From: Octopus bimaculoides
Taxonomy: Eukaryota
Length of the DNA stretch: 50,773 nucleotides
Direction: 5' to 3'
Assembly: GCF_001194135.2 (NCBI RefSeq)
Contig: NC_068982.1
Coordinates: 109,218,559-109,269,331 of the forward strand
The first letter of the stretch is position 1, and every line of letters begins with the position of its first letter. Below the pieces are notes generated by a model. That model was not told the origin of the DNA. It did not search any database and saw only the letters and a program-made list of their open reading frames with translations. Made by a program: the position numbers and the translations under genes. Positions 23,633-36,129 of this stretch are shown here, piece by piece.

Positions 23633-24870
23633 CGCGCGCGCACACACACACGCGCGCGCGCGCACACACACGCGCGCGCGCACACACACACACACACGCA
23701 CGCACACAGAAAGAAATATACACACGAGCACAAACATATATACACATAGAAGATATTCACATTAAACAAAAACAATCACAGAAATGAAACGCTTTAAACT
23801 AGCAAGGAAATTTCTATGTAGCCACTCACCCTAATAATGTGGTAGTTTCGTATCTCCTCAACCATAACCCTACGATTTTAATGGAAGAACTCTATACTTC
23901 GGTCTCAAATTCAAAGACAACAGGACTTATTTCGAGCCAACACACATACAAACCACACACACACACACACACACACACACACCAACACGCTCACACACGC
24001 CAACACACACACACACACATGCCAACACACACACACACACACACAAATCACACGCGCGCGCACGCACGCACACACACACATACAAACATGCACACACAAA
24101 CCCATGCACATATACACACGTGAACGCACTACTAGACAAGCATATACTTATTCACATACACACATGTATGTATGCATGCATGCATGTATGTATGTATGTA
24201 TGTATGTATGTATGTATGTATGTGTTTGTCCATAAACAAACGCGAACAAAGATATGAACTGGGAAGGAGAGAGAGAGACAGAGAGAGAGAGAGGGAGAGA
24301 GAGAGAGAGAGAAAGAAAGAGAGTGGAGGAGGTTATGAAAGAATGAGAAGAGTGGGAGAGGAACAATGAACGAGAGACCAGATTAATAGAAAGAGATATG
24401 TTAGCCGAATTATTGAGACATTCAGTCAAGTGTCAAAATGGTTTGTTGATATCGTTGTTTCAAGGCCTTCTGACTAGATGTTGATTGACACAGCGTGATG
24501 GGTCAGCTACTGTTTACAGCTAGACGACTTAAATAACAAGACCACTGACATTGATAGGTTGCCAGTCAACTCCTGGAAAGCAGAGGACAAAATAGCGGTG
24601 AAAATAGTCATATTAATTCCAAGGAGTGAGCTTCAGGTAAAAAGGAAAGGAAAAAAACTCTGTGTGCATATGTGTGCGTGCATGCGTGTGTGTGTATGTA
24701 TGTATGTATGTATGTATGTATGTATGCATGTATGAATGTATGTATGTATGAATGTATGTATGTATGCGTGTATGAATGTATGTATGAATGTATGTATATA
24801 TGCATGTATGTATGGATATATTGCATATATATATGTGTGTGTATATATCTGCGTGTGTATGTATGTATGC

Positions 24871-24904
<34 letters not shown>

Positions 24905-24905
24905 T

Positions 24906-25133
24906 GGCGCAGGAGTGGCTATGTGGTAAGAAACTTGCTTCCTAACCACATGGTTCTGGGTTCAGTCCCACTGCGTGGCACCCTGGGCAAGTGTCTTCTA
25001 TAGCCTCGGGCCGACCAAAGCTTTGTGAGTGGATATAGTGGACGAGAACTGAAAGAAGCCCGTCGTATATATATATATATATATACATGAATATGTATTT
25101 GTTATTTGTTTCTGTGTTGCCCCCCCCACACCA
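24906..25133 (+). mobile_element. tRNA-derived SINE (family C), 3' part lost in the gap
   Basis: GGCGCAGGAGTGGCTATGTGGTAAG...GGGTTCAGTCCC (A and B boxes); homologous to the 21844 copy. Confidence 0.85.
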
Positions 25134-25342
25134 NNNNNNNNNNNNNNNNNNNNNNNNNNNNNNNNNNNNNNNNNNNNNNNNNNNNNNNNNNNNNNNNNNN
25201 NNNNNNNNNNNNNNNNNNNNNNNNNNNNNNNNNNNNNNNNNNNNNNNNNNNNNNNNNNNNNNNNNNNNNNNNNNNNNNNNNNNNNNNNNNNNNNNNNNNN
25301 NNNNNNNNNNNNNNNNNNNNNNNNNNNNNNNNNNNNNATATA

Positions 25343-25375
<33 letters not shown>

Positions 25376-26307
25376 GTCTCTTTCTCAAACTTCTATTCTT
25401 TTTCCCGTCTCTTTTTTTTACTGTCACAAGCACAGAAACATTCACATATGTTTATGTCTATATATTCTCACAAAACAAACTCACCAACACACATGTGTGC
25501 GTGCATACACACATACACACACACATATCAAATCAAATACTTCACATGTTATCATTACATTATGATGATCAATCCTTTTTGTTTGGCAGCAGGTCACCTG
25601 ATATCTTGCCTCACGTTGAGAAATACTGAGCAGCTGCCATAATTTGAGATCGTTTAAAGACGAAGTCGTCACGAAGAGAAGTAGTAAATAACTAAAACTA
25701 ATAATAGTAAAGGAGACCAATCAGAATTATAATCATATACATACCAATCCCCGCACAATTTAGAACGTCTTCCCTCTCCATCTCTCATGTGTTTGCAATT
25801 GGTTTTAATTTGATTTCTGTCACGTTTTTGGTAAATTCCTCCTGGGCTCATAGGCACTTTCAGATATGACGTCAAAATTTCCTGTTTTCCTTCTTCACTT
25901 TTAATTTCTTTCCTTGCATTTCTTTGCTCCTCTCTGTTTCATTTTCTTATATTACTAATTTCTTTTATATATTCGTCCATGTTATACTGTTTACTCTTGA
26001 CATTTTAATTCACTAAATGGGCTACCAATTTTATGTGTAAATGGTCAAGAAAAGCTTGAATTGTAATGTAAGGTACTGAAGGAATAATCTCAGACCAGTG
26101 ATGTTCATATTATTGAGGTGCTTTTACTGCAATGTTTCATCATATATGCTTTATTTAAAATAGATGGGCAAGTAAATAAGTAAGTACCTACCTACCTACC
26201 TACCTTCCTACCTACCTAGCTATCTACCTCCCTCCATCCTTCTCTACCTGCCTACACATCGATCTCTCTACCTACTTACGTTTCGGGATATCTGTCTGTT
26301 TGTCTGC

Positions 26308-26540
<233 letters not shown>

Positions 26541-26542
<2 letters not shown>

Positions 26543-27269
26543 GTCTGTCTATTAATATGGCATTATCTATCTAGGAAACATGTAGTCTTGGCTAGAACAC
26601 TATATAATGAAATTCGTAGAAAAGAAAATCTCGAAAAGACAAATATAAGAAGTTGCAGACATGACCACACACAATTCGAAAGGATATTGGTGGACGACCC
26701 TATCAAGACTCAAAAAGATTACATGCAAAACAAGTCAGACATAAAGATCTGGAAGAAGAGGAAGAAACTATTCACAGTACTTGAAATCAGTTGCTCAGTA
26801 GGTGCCAACATAATGTTAAAGATCAGTAAAAATGAAATCATACAGAACGGATAAGAAATATGTATGTACTCCGTCTTGATTACAGCTTTAGATTTCGACT
26901 AATAATAACTAGAGTACTTGGTTACGCGACTAACAGCCTCAGTACCAATTTCAAGGAATTGAGACCCACAAAACCAGAAAGAACACACCTAATCAAAAGA
27001 TTACAGTTACAAGCTGTCAAAGGTACCATGAAAATATATACAGCATTCTTGAAGTTCAGTATATAATAAAATCCACAAGTGCAATGTTATCCATGCGTAC
27101 GCCCATGTGTACATGTACATATACATGTATACACGCATGCACTCATACTCATATGCAACAAGACTACTTCGTTTGATATCATTTAAATTCCCATGAAAGA
27201 GTTTTGTTTCTTAGAAACAGCTCTTTTTCCATTAGTAAGATATTCGGAAAATAGAACCAAAAGAACAGT
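26541..27269 (+). mobile_element. R4/Dong-clade LINE 3' end
   Basis: [20 protein letters not shown]...IKIWKK...TVLEISCSV, then FRFRLIITRVLGY...LQLQAVKGTMKIYTAFLKFSI*; the 3' UTR ends at (CATA)n. Confidence 0.75.
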
Positions 27270-27282
27270 CATACATACATAC

Positions 27283-27914
27283 ATGGTAATTGTTTTGACT
27301 TCACAGATGTTTGTCGTCTTCTCATTGTCAATGGTATTTCTGACTCTCCGTCCATGACCTCTCAGACGACTATTCTGTCCCGTTGCAGTTCTGCATGGTT
27401 TGAAGGATAGGTGATAGACGAAAGCTGTGAGTTAGTACGCGCTTCCAACTCTACACGTCGCCATAGAACTTTCATTTGATGGAATGACAAATGAAATTTC
27501 CATAAAGAGATATGTGTAAGTCATTGAATTATAGTGTTAAACGCTTGTACAATACAAGTACCACTCTCTGTCTCTGTGATTATTGCCAAGAGAGAGGTCG
27601 AAGCGAGATGACCAGTAATAACATGAAATTGCAGGTTTTACATCAGAGTGTCCCTCTTCTTGAAGGATTTTGTGACAAGAGCTAGGACTCTTTCACTCCC
27701 GGTGGTTTTACTGTGCACTCTGACACCAACCAAGTGTATTTCTGCTTCCCTGCGCTCAGATTGCTCACATATGCTAGTTAATCCATAACTGGGACCCTGA
27801 CAAGTGCTACTACTCCGGTCAGAGTAGACTTGGGAACAACAGATGCTAAAGTTGGTTCCACACTCCTTGATCTCCCAATTAAGAATCTCACTATTGGATG
27901 CAGTTTAAAGTCAT
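27283..27914. mobile_element. unclassified ~650-bp interspersed repeat, copy 2
   Basis: Colinear homology with 21007-21671; (CATA)n on both sides. Confidence 0.85.
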
Positions 27915-30607
27915 ACATACATACATGCATACATACATACATACATACATACATACACTTTAACACGTAAACGTTTTTAATATAACCTTCCTTTTCTTGT
28001 TTTGAAAATTATATCTATCTATTTTCCGTTGGTCATTCGTGTTGATAGCATCAGGACATTATTTCTTTTTGTTATTAGTGGAACTAAGAAACTATATATT
28101 TTTATGTAGTTGTCTATTTATTTGGTGGGTTTGGTCCTAATGAAAACATACAACAACCACGTGTTACTGCAGCATTTGTTATTATAAAAGACTTCCTGCT
28201 AACTCTCTTCCAGCTTTCGCCGATAGGTGTTACCAAATATTTTCTACTGAGAGCTATTGCTTGAACACTTGTTTTATTCCTATTTCTATGTACCACTTCT
28301 ACACACTTAATGTCTGCTCGAAAAAGGCATCAGTCGTCTGTCATGCTTTTCACATATGTTGGAATGGGAATAAAAATTAATGTGTTTGAAACTTGAATAT
28401 GAAATAATTTCCACTACAGAATCTGTAGTTTTTAACTTGAATTCAGTTCTTTTTCAGGACATTCTCAAAAAAGCATAAGACTATTTTTCATCGTTCTAGT
28501 TAAAGCTTAGTCGTCGTTATTTATATCATTCTTTTCTTGGAGATCATTATGATGGTAGTTAGTGTTATTTTCATATATACTACTCTTCTTCGAGTCTTGC
28601 AGTTGCAATAGTTTGCGCAAACATTCCCTCCTTTACTAATCTTCCAGCTTTCACACCCTCTTTCTCCTCACTTTGTGCAAAAAATGCTGCATATGTATGT
28701 GGTGGGTCTAAAAATTTCGATAACTTCTGTTCTTAACAACAGTTACTTATCCATTAACTGGTATTGTTCGTAACAACGAATGAAGTAACTTTTGCAAGAG
28801 ATAAAAAAAAGGCTATAGCATCCAGGCTTCACCATCAGTAGCGTCATTCTCAACTTCCTCCTCTTCCTTCTTTTCCTCCTCCTCTTCCTTCTTTTCCTCC
28901 TCCTTCTTCTCTGCCTCCACCACCACCACCACCACCATATTCATCGTTACTATGATAGTTGTAATAATGACTTATAATGATGACAGAGATAGTGAAGATT
29001 GTTTTTAGAAATAAGGCGAAGTGAATACAATATTGGCGGGAACAACTGTGACAGTATTGACCATATCTTCAATGACAACTCTACCAACAGTGACACTGTG
29101 AGCGAAATAATGATACTGTAACAATCATGATGTAAAGCAGAGGGTTACTCTCACCATTTTTCTCATTGTTCCTTCTAATTTCTTTACATTATTCAATAAT
29201 GTTTTCAAATCGTTAATACGTTCATGTAACATGGTAGAGTTGATAGATGATGCGATATGTTAAAGATTTGTGTTAAGGATAAGTATCATGTTTGAGTAGC
29301 AAGCTAACTCCCTTGAATATGGAGAAAACATTTGAATTTTTTGATGTACATAGCAGGAATATTTACTGCTATTCCGCCAAAAAAGCAACCGCAACTTAAC
29401 GTGTTTTGCAGTTCGACGTACATGAATAAGATACATTTTTACTATTATTCCCTCTAAAATAACCCTGGGTCGAATAAGTGAAAATAGAATGAATAAGAAA
29501 TAAAACGCAAAAACTAAATAAGCAGTAAAAACAAAACATACAATCCATTCCCTAATTCCAATAATAAAATCTATTTCTTTACCTGCCAACGAAGTTATGC
29601 TTCAATTAACCAGTACAAACGTATCTGCCTTTTATATAGTCTATTATCTATTGTTTCCTTTTCTCTCTTCCCCTACTCTCTCTCCCCTTCTTGGCAAGTT
29701 TTATCCGCAAATCATGGCTGTTTTAATAATTCATTATAGATAGTTTCTAACACAACTCCCACATTTATTTAGTTCTGGTGGTAATCAATACATCTAACCC
29801 TATCTTTTGTGTATAGATTCGTTCTTCCTCTTTGTATATCTCTTGACTGTTCCTGTATTTGTATTATGTAGGAAAGTGAAATATCCTCGCTTTGCGAGCA
29901 CCTTACTATTTTATGAAGTAGAGATATTGGTTGAAGTTAATATTCTGTGCGATATATTTGAAATGCTGCAGTTTACTAAAAGATGGGAAAATGAGAGCCT
30001 ACATTATATTTATAAAGCTAGAGGTTTAGCGAAAGACTGCGCACATACATACATGGTTATAACACTAAGTGATTGAATAATATTTTATAAGTGGGGGAAT
30101 TCAGGTAAACAAGGAAGACATCTAATTAGTATTCTGCAAATTTAATCTGTAAGTGGAATAGCGAAAAACAGAATAGTAATCCCTTTTTTTCTGTCTACCA
30201 AGATGTTTGATATATAAAGTGCATATAATGTCGGCTAAAAACTATAGATACATTTTGTGGTACAGAATAACATTGAAACAAAACACCATAAAAGTAGACA
30301 CACACACGTGCTCGAGTGCATGTATTTTGAGGCCGTTTCGTTGATTATTCTCAACTGTAATGCAACGTTCATATCCTAACTTAATAAAACGAAAGAAAAA
30401 CAAGAGTTAAGGTCTAGCTACCGACCTAAAGCTAAAGGAATATATTAGGTGAAATTAACAGGTGTCATTATAATCAATATAGTTCAAGTGAGCAAATCAA
30501 ACGCCCCATTCGTCATCGATGCGTCAGTGCTATATTAAATGTATGCCTCTTTCTGAGGTTGTATGTATGTATGTATGTATGTATGTATGTATGTATGTAT
30601 GTATGTA

Positions 30608-30649
<42 letters not shown>

Positions 30650-31142
30650 TGTGTGTGTGTGTGCGTGCGCTAATATAATAACTAAATTTACGATATTTGT
30701 TACTCATAATCTCATAATTCTTATCTTAAGTTTTAACTGTTATCCTACTAAAAACTTCTGTCGTGGATTTCTTTTAGACTGCGTTAAGCCACGATCGTGG
30801 CTTAAAATAGATTCAATCTTCAATAACTTTCGAATAGTTAGACCTACCTACTCTACTTTTTTCTCCACGAATAGCAGACTTGATTATAAATGTTTTGCCA
30901 TATTGATACTAAGCTTACGTTCTTTTTTTTTTTTTTAATATATTACAGTCTGAAATTATTATGCTGTATAACAATATACTAAAACTGAATGTCACCACCT
31001 GCTCTCGGATCGCAATACCACAACTATCGAAAGTAATTTTGTGTGTGTGTGTGTGTGTGGTATATAAATGTGTGTGTGTGTGTGTATGTATATGTGTGTG
31101 TGTATAATGCATACACACACATCCTTTAATTTTATAATTTTA

Positions 31143-32380
31143 CCCTTTTTTAGTGCGGTTGGATTAAGGAAGAATGTCCGACACTAGTTCTTGGAAGTAT
31201 GATAACTCTGTAGTCGTCTAATTGGGAGTAGTCCGTATCAGACGATACTGAATCTCCAAACTCGTTTGGCGATGAAGACCTACAGTGTAATATTACATCT
31301 AACTTCGCTGTGAACGATCTGTAGACGGATGAGACCTTAGCGTATGATTTCCAATATTTGAAACAAACTAGGATATCAAATAACATTAATTTTGAACTCT
31401 AGATGGGAGCTAGTAGATTTTTTAAAAAATTCTGAATTGTAGAAGTGACTAACAGTTATGGTAAAAGCAAAGTACAGAAGCAGACACCTCTGAGAAAATA
31501 GTCTTGGCTTGGGGCCTGGGGAAATGGGACCGACGAAAATGAGATGAAGGCATACCTGAGATTGTTTAACATGGGACTAATCAAAAAGGGAAATTTGAGC
31601 GAGTTCCGGTATAAAGTAAACCCCCAACGGGCTAACCGATTTTTGGTTTAACTTTCAGGTGCAATACATTTATGATACTTTTATCAATGCTGAACATGAT
31701 CCACCAAATCAAAAGCCAGTGAGACAAGTTAAATGTAAGTTAAATAAAAACAAGTTAAAGGAAGAAAGATTTCCGTAGATAAAAGTCTAATGAAAATTAC
31801 TTCATGGAGCGATGTTGTAGCGTTACGATCTTACTCTTCTACTTGCCGTTGGGTATGTAAATAAGAAACAAGTGATTTTGTCGTCATCAGCAAGTTCTGT
31901 AAAATTGAAAGCAGTCGTCTTAAACTGGGTCGAGAGAAGCAAAAGCTAGAAATTGTTGAAGAGTACAACCGTCACGTGGATGGAGTTGATTTAGTGACAT
32001 ATGCCTTTATGCGTTTCTTGATGAAAGGAAAACGTAGAAGTAGACAAAGTTTGTTCATTAACACTCTGGACAGTATGACTCAAAATTCTTATATCTTGTA
32101 CTCTAATGTTTTTCAAAAAGAAGGGTCGAAGCCAATATCACGACAGAAATTTAAGATACAATTGGTTGAAAGTCTTGTAGGAGAATTTAGAGCGGTTACA
32201 AGTAAAAGGAGGCAATTCTCACGTGCTCATACGGCATATTAGACTTTGCGACATCATCTGAAGCAGACTAAATTGCCTGTTGGAAAGTGCAAGAAACTAT
32301 GGTGATCCTCATACCAGTCATCTGAAGAGGCAAACAACAAGCTTCATGTCTAAGGCTAGGACTTTGTTTAGGGATTTTCT
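31143..32380 (+). pseudogene. piggyBac-like transposon remnant with degenerate transposase
   Basis: TTTA|CCCTTT start; acidic N-terminus; IVEVTNSYG, TDENEMKAYL...MGLIKK, NKKQVILSS, IVEEYNRHVDGVDL (cf. YN..MGGVD), NSYILY, ISRQKFKIQLVESLV. Confidence 0.75.
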
Positions 32381-33604
32381 GGGAGAATTATCATTCAGAG
32401 AATTCGTACTTTTATTAGTTGGAATACCCTCTTTGATTTCTGTTGACTTTGTATTATTTATGAAGATATTTTCCTTGGATTTCAGTTTTAAAAATTCCAA
32501 GTGAAAATACTTTTTCTTCTATTCACTCCCAAATCTGGTAAAAAAAAAAAAAAAAAGAAAAAATGCGTAAATTTCATTCTTGGCAGTTAATTGCACAATC
32601 TTCAATATGCAACAGTTATGCAGGTTATTTGCAAAAAAGTATACGTAACAATGTCTCGAATTAGAGAACAAGCAAACAAAACAAATAACACAAAAGCAAT
32701 TGTGGTATTAGTATGAGTAGACTAGTGAATTTTCACTTACAATATCGATTCAAATTAAATAACTTACTCATTACTGCATTGTTTAAAGTTCAAGTCGTTC
32801 TGATGGTGTGTCTTCTTAGAATTCCGCATCACTTGAGTTTCTTTTTTTCTTTTTTTTTTTTTAAATAAGTATTAATTTTATGATTATGTCAATTTTGATG
32901 CCTATACGCTCTACAACACTTAAACACGGTTTTGTGCTCAGCCGTAAGAAGCGAATATTATTATTACGAGTGCAGATTGTTTCAGAGAAAATTTATTGTT
33001 ATCATTATAGTGTTTCTAATTTAACTAAGAGGAAAATTGATAAATAACTTCTTAAGAATAAGGAGACATCCTGGTATTTCTGTTTTTCTTTGATAATAAT
33101 TAACGTAGTATATTTAATTTCTACAAAATTGTTTTACTTAAAAATGCAGCCATTTATAATTGTAAATCTACGTTTCAAATTACCAAAGCAATTCATTCTC
33201 CACTACAAAAACACATAGTTAAAGAGTACCAAAATTAAATATTTTCACCAAAACATTGAACCTGTTCTTAAAAATTTTAATATTAACTGGTATAAATTAT
33301 TGGAAATTGGAGGTTGCAGACAGTTTATTCTCCCTGTTATAGTGGGTATGGTTTAGCAGTGAAACTAATAAAAACCAAATCTACTACGATTTTGCTATGC
33401 TGCACTGACGCATATTCGGTATGTTATTTTCATGAGTTTTAATTTTCACAGGTTCGATCATAATTTTCTATGAAATCAGTTTTGTAATCAAAATATCAGT
33501 AGTATAATTAATTGTACTTCTCTCTTTACAACAGCGAATTCCATTTAACCAAAAGAAATTCCAAGGAGATTAAAGGTGTTATAGAAAACAAATATCTAGC
33601 TTAC

Positions 33605-33730
33605 AGTGCATAGTTTAGCGTCTTGCACAATTCTGTAATGTTGAACCACAACAGCTGCAATTACGGTAGTGGATGGGGTTGTAAAAATAGTCATTATTGA
33701 TGTAACAAGCACCAGCATTATTGCGGTTTC
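33605..33730 (-). CDS. candidate internal coding exon (hydrophobic, possibly a transmembrane segment)
   Basis: Acceptor TTTTACAG, donor GTAAGC, 126 nt, open in phase 0: ETAIMLVLVTSIMTIFTTPSTTVIAAVVVQHYRIVQDAKLCT; no partner exon identified. Confidence 0.3.
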
Positions 33731-34476
33731 CTGTAAAACGTGGTCGTGTGCTCAGTAAATGTTTTCATTCATTCTCAGACTATTCTCATTAGACTCAACA
33801 ACAACAGCCAGTACCTAAATTGTCCTAATCATCACTAATACCACCAGATTACCAACACCAGCTGCATCATCAGTTCACTCCCATCAGTTAGATTTATCAT
33901 CACACTCTTTCGGTCATTGAGGGGTACGGGTACACCTATCAAAGGAAGTCATTTACACGTGCTGATGACGATGGTTTCTCGTGATTTGCATACAAAGTAT
34001 TATTACACAAACATTTGTAAGTATCTAGTAATTGTATAATTACTTTTAGTAACAATACTAGAACTTGGGTCGAAAGTATACATTTGTGAGATACAAACAG
34101 TGGTTAACATTTATTTTTTGCTGAATCATAAATATCAGTGATCTTTTCAATGGAGCTTACATTGCACTGTAAACCGGAACTTAGAATCACGAGAATTTAA
34201 ATACATTACCACATGACAGACACTTGAGGTGCGGAAACTTTTCAATCTTTGGGATAGACGCCTGTTAAAAGAAACTTGATTCGCACACAACTTCTATCTA
34301 ACTATGATCCACAATACAAAGAATTATACTCGTACCCACCCCACATACATACATACATACATACATACATACATACGTTCTCCCTATCTCTTTACGCGCC
34401 CACCTATGCTCCACCACACATATCAGCACTCGTGTGTGTGGGAGTATCTACACTATGTGTATGTGTGTGTAAGTGT

Positions 34477-34516
<40 letters not shown>

Positions 34517-36033
34517 GTGCGTGCGTGCGTGTGTGTGTGAGTGCGCGCGCGCGCGTATGGGAGCTTTGACACAATTACCCTAACGCTTAATAAAACAAAT
34601 TATGATTTGTTCTGACATTTGGAAGTAACTAGTTTCCTATTATGGGGAATGGAATAGTAGAAACTAAAACGGTATTGTTGAATGTTGCTGCGTGATCTAC
34701 GGTTAAATATGATAGTCTTAGTAAATGCTATTGGACTTTTTTTTTTGCGGCAACTTGGCCAACTGCTTAAACACTCTCGAATGGCAGCAGGAATTGGTGT
34801 TCAAACTCTTAACAAGCTGTAAAAGTGGGTACATGGATGATGTGTGCAAGTAACCATTACTTCAGGGAGGATGTGATCATGATTCATAGATGCGTCATTT
34901 TTGGATCAATAAACGGAAAAAGTGGGCTTTTGTTGAGAACTTGTTTTGCTTTCCTAGGCAAAGACAATGTATCCTTTCTGCCACTCTTTGAAGACTTCAT
35001 CGCATTTACTAATGTGTTAAATAAAAAATGCATTAATCAACTCTAGCAATCAGCAAACATGTCACTATTTGATACGGTTGCTGGTTATTCGAATTGTTAT
35101 AGTTGAATGATTACAAAGATAGCAGCGGTAATGACAGGTAGTTATATATGTGAAATAATATCAAGATATAAAGTTTTAATGTTAATTTTCAGTTCTAACT
35201 TATCAAGATATTTCTGTGACTATACCAGTCCGGTAATGCTCATCATTCTAGGTGAAAACAATTGAAGATAATCATCTCGTTCAAGAACTCAATTTAAGAC
35301 ATTTAACGAAATAGGAACTCCTGTACATTATACTCTCATTATATTTCCTTAATATAAGAAACACATGCTTTTAGATTTAAATTTAGAATTATTTGCTTTA
35401 GATCGTCCAAATGAATGATGTGAATTGTAACGCCACCGTTTATCAGAAAGAACAAGAATAGGATTAGCAAAACAGTTATGCAAAAGAATTTCATTTATTT
35501 GTTTATTTCTAAATAGTTTAACACCTTGCACAGTTCATTGTAACAGTAAAAGTAAACCAGATATCTGAAGTAATATATCTGATATTTCTGTACTACGACT
35601 ATTTTAAAATTGAAAAACAAGAAAGTAAACATAGAAAAAAACAAAACAAAACGATAACAACGCAGTGATACTTTTTTAAGCCATAATATTTTTTCATTTG
35701 GTGCAGCTTGTTTAAAAGAACAAACCTTAAACTTCAGAGAAAAATATATTATTTATTCCATTTACATTTGTTGAGTAGGCAACCTCTCAGAATAAGTGGT
35801 CGCTCAATCAGTTGAAAATGTGTAAACATGTTTATGCAGATTTAGCTAACTGTGCAATCTTACATTACTTTACCTTACATCACTCCGTGCAGTTCCTGGT
35901 TTCTTAAGACTGTTTTGTAGTATGCTAAATAGGAAGAGGTTTCTAATCCTTAGTTTAATTCTTTACTTCTCGAGAAAAGAGACACTGCGAGTAGTGTCGC
36001 CTAAAGCCGTCACATAGTATAACTGATTTGATT

Positions 36034-36035
<2 letters not shown>

Positions 36036-36125
<90 letters not shown>
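36036..36125. repeat. (AG)n microsatellite
   Basis: Directly visible. Confidence 0.97.

Positions 36126-36129
<4 letters not shown>

Noticed and set aside
28090-28210. VYLFGGFGP kelch-like motif after a possible acceptor
   Set aside because: The downstream Tyr/Trp of a kelch repeat are missing and the donor is weak (GTGTTA)
29260-29589. 109-aa hydrophobic minus-strand ORF
   Set aside because: Hydrophobicity reflects T-rich composition; no motif or splice support
32318-32500. 60-aa K/N/S-rich ORF
   Set aside because: It overlaps the antisense end of the piggyBac relic and reflects A-rich composition
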